From: an uncultured delta proteobacterium
Lineage (GTDB): Bacteria; Myxococcota_A; Polyangia; Haliangiales; Haliangiaceae
DNA: 64,000 nucleotides
NCBI GenBank assembly: GCA_963848295.1
Contig: CAWKDB010000010.1
Coordinates: 1,056,001-1,120,000 of the forward strand
Reading direction: 5' to 3'
Part shown: one piece after another, positions 61,742 through 64,000 of the stretch
Numbering within the stretch: position 1 is the first letter of the stretch
How the letters are laid out: the number at the start of each line of letters is the position of its first letter
The notes under the pieces: generated by a model
Database searches by the model: none
Seen by the model: only the letters and a program-made list of their open reading frames with translations
What the model was told of the DNA's origin: nothing
Position numbers and translations under genes: made by a program

Positions 61742-62079
61742 TCGACGCGATCGAGCCGCTGATCACGCGGCTCGTCCAGCAGGCACCCGCGCTCGACACC
61801 GCCGTGATCGCCGAGCTGCGGGACGCGCTCGCGCTGGTCGGTACCCCACTCGCGCTCGCGATCTCGCGGATCGTCGAGCTCGTCGGCGAGCAGCTCGTCG
61901 ACGCCGGCGTCGCGCTGCCCGCGCTCGCCGAAGCGTGCGCGACCCTCGTCGCCGGCGCCGATGCGCACGCTCTCGAGGCGGCGCGCTTCCGCGTCGACAC
62001 GCTGACCCCGATGCCGGATTCGCCGGCGCGGATCGCAGTGCCGGATGTGCTGATCCGCGATCTGAGACGGAAGAACTGA
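61738..62079 (+). CDS. Hypothetical protein
   Basis: ATGA overlap with the upstream gene; good GC3 bias. Confidence 0.6.
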   Translation: MIDAIEPLITRLVQQAPALDTAVIAELRDALALVGTPLALAISRIVELVGEQLVDAGVALPALAEACATLVAGADAHALEAARFRVDTLTPMPDSPARIAVPDVLIRDLRRKN

Positions 62080-62139
62080 CGCCGAGGTTTGCGTGTTCAC
62101 GTGCAACGTGCACGTCCACGTTCACGATCTCTTGGCGGG

Positions 62140-63390
62140 TCACCCTCGAACGGCTACCAGGAACTTGAGGTAGCTCGACTCGGGGAAGCCCGGCAGCGTC
62201 GGGAAATCGGTCGGCAGCGGGCGGCGATCGATGATCTGTAACCGCGTGCCGGCGCCGAATGCGCCTTCCGCGAGCGCGGCCTCGTGCTCGACCGCAGACA
62301 TCTTGTGGGTCGACGACGCGGTCGCGAGCAGGCCGCCGGGTGCGGTGACATCGAGGGCCGCGGTGACGAGCTCGGCGTAATCGCGGACCGCGCTCCACGG
62401 CTTGCCGCCGCGCGCCGCTGCACTCGCGAAGGCCGGCGGATCGAGGACGACGAGATCGAACACGCGCTTACGTTCGTGCATGCGTGCGAGGACCTTGAAC
62501 ACATCGCCGACGACATGCTCGGCGGTCTCGGGGTCGAACCCGCTCGCCGCGAAGTTGCGGCGCGCGCGGGCGTGCGCCTTCGCCGCGACATCGACCGCGC
62601 ACACCTCGGTCGCACCGCCGGCTCGCGCGTAGACCGAGATCGCGCCGGTGTACGAGAACAGATTCAGCACGCGCCGGCCCTTGGCCCACTGGCGGACCGC
62701 GCGGCGGCCTTCGCGCAGGTCGCCGAACAAGCCCGTCGACAGCGGTGCGGTCACATCGACGACGAACTTCAGATCGTCCTCGACGACTTCGAGCTCGACC
62801 GGGGCCGCCGATCCACGCACGAGCTCGGCCGCGACCTGCCGCGGCGCATCGCCGGCGAGCGACTTGTAGCGACGCTGCTCGTAGATCGCTTTCGGCGCGA
62901 GCTCGGCTTCGAGCGCGTCGTACAACGCGTCGCGCAGCGAGTGGACCGCGGAGGTGAACAGCTGGACGACGAGGTAGTCGCCGTAGCGATCGACGCAGAT
63001 CCCGGGCAGACCGTCCGACTCGGCGTTGACATAACGGATCGCGCCGAGCCGATCGAGATCGAGCAGCCGCTTGCGCAGCGCGACCGCTGCGCTGACCCGA
63101 TCGCGCAGCAGCTTGCCGTCGATCGCGGTGTCCGGGTTCCGGACAAACACGCGCAACGCGATCGTACTGTCGGCGTCGTACAGCGCGCGGCCGACGAACT
63201 CACCGTCGACATCGACCAGATCGATCGAGGTTCCCGGCTCGGGCGGCGCGGCCCGCTGGCCGAGCGCCTCGCGATACACCCAGGGATGACCGGCGCGGAC
63301 CTTGTGCGCGACGTCGGGCGCGAGCCGCACGGTATTCTTGCGGACGATCGGCGCAGGCCGGCGGCCACGAGTCGGGCGGTTCGATGCCAT
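62140..63390 (-). CDS. RlmI/RlmK-like 23S rRNA methyltransferase (PUA + SAM domains)
   Basis: GHPWVY, ESDGLPG, TGLFGDLRE, VLNLFSYTG, LDPPAF, YLK. Confidence 0.9.
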   Translation of the reverse strand: MASNRPTRGRRPAPIVRKNTVRLAPDVAHKVRAGHPWVYREALGQRAAPPEPGTSIDLVDVDGEFVGRALYDADSTIALRVFVRNPDTAIDGKLLRDRVSAAVALRKRLLDLDRLGAIRYVNAESDGLPGICVDRYGDYLVVQLFTSAVHSLRDALYDALEAELAPKAIYEQRRYKSLAGDAPRQVAAELVRGSAAPVELEVVEDDLKFVVDVTAPLSTGLFGDLREGRRAVRQWAKGRRVLNLFSYTGAISVYARAGGATEVCAVDVAAKAHARARRNFAASGFDPETAEHVVGDVFKVLARMHERKRVFDLVVLDPPAFASAAARGGKPWSAVRDYAELVTAALDVTAPGGLLATASSTHKMSAVEHEAALAEGAFGAGTRLQIIDRRPLPTDFPTLPGFPESSYLKFLVAVRG

Positions 63391-63495
63391 GACGGATGCG
63401 GTTTATGGCGCATGTCACCCGTAACTCCAAGGGCCGCCCCGAAAGTTTCGGTAGACAGCTCCGATCCTGGCTAGTAGGGTGCATCCGCTTTCGCC

Positions 63496-63783
63496 ATGCC
63501 AACCGCGCCCTCCGTCGCCACGCTCGAGCCCGTTCGGTTCGGCGAGTTCCTGCTCGCTCGAAATTTGATCAGCGACGAGCAATGGCTCGCGGCCCTCGCC
63601 GAGCACTGGAGCGCGGCCCAGCGCGGCAAGCGCCGGCGCATCGGGAGCACGATCGTCGAACGCGGATTTCTCAGCCGCGAAGTGATCGAAGCCGAGGCTC
63701 GGGCGTTTCACGACGACATGGATGTGGTCGAGATCGTTCCGCGCTCCGAAGCGGCGACCGTCCCGCCGCCGTACCGTTCATAA
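63496..63783 (+). CDS. Stand-alone MshEN-like (c-di-GMP-binding-type) protein
   Basis: RFGEFLLARNLISDEQWLAAL and RIGSTIVERGFLS tandem motifs. Confidence 0.65.
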   Translation: MPTAPSVATLEPVRFGEFLLARNLISDEQWLAALAEHWSAAQRGKRRRIGSTIVERGFLSREVIEAEARAFHDDMDVVEIVPRSEAATVPPPYRS

Positions 63784-63843
63784 ATTCGAGGCATACCGTC
63801 TCGGATCGCTGCTAAACTCCCGACCCGACGTTTCCGGAGACCC

Positions 63844-64000
63844 ATGATGGCAGTCGAATCGAAGCAGACCCCGGCGCAGACCTCGCTCGGCATGGCCGCG
63901 GCGGCCAATGGCTCTAGCGGCATGCGGACCAAGCGGGCCTCTCAGCTCATGCAGGCGAAGTCGGCGCTGCCGTCGGTCGAAACGTCACTCGACGAGTTCA
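63844..64000 (+). CDS. Hypothetical protein, 3'-truncated by the window edge
   Basis: GGAG RBS, ATG, frame open to the end. Confidence 0.5.
   Translation, partial: MMAVESKQTPAQTSLGMAAAANGSSGMRTKRASQLMQAKSALPSVETSLDEF

Overview
High-GC bacterial chromosomal window whose gene content points to Myxococcota (Kofleriaceae/Haliangiales-like by inference): many Cys-rich lipoproteins, a Ser/Thr kinase next to a TPR/PEGA-type protein, OmpA with TSP3 repeats, FadL-like barrels and a TIGR04552-like protein. Housekeeping genes include gloB, dnaJ, ilvE, clpS-clpA (two +1 frameshifts), an actinobacterial Sdh1-type succinate dehydrogenase operon, rpoZ, an RlmI-like methyltransferase and tRNA-Leu(CAA). Accessory elements are a ParE/RHH toxin-antitoxin pair, a RAYT/Y1 transposase bracketed by four inverted REP-like repeats, a deleted glnE remnant, a macrodomain remnant and a four-helix-bundle gene between CCGNNN microsatellites. 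The most striking feature is a 188-bp x ~5.6 tandem array directly 3' of tRNA-Leu. Each unit ends in the last 16 nt of the tRNA and also carries the complementary 5' strands, so it can fold into an enlarged tRNA-like cloverleaf with the tRNA's own acceptor stem and discriminator A. Other notable signals are a SelN-like thioredoxin-fold protein under a divergent two-component system, TANNNT boxes 6-7 nt before many start codons (leaderless mRNAs), and a 31-bp inverted repeat bracketing a FadL-like gene. All family assignments come from reading motifs by eye; no database search was run.
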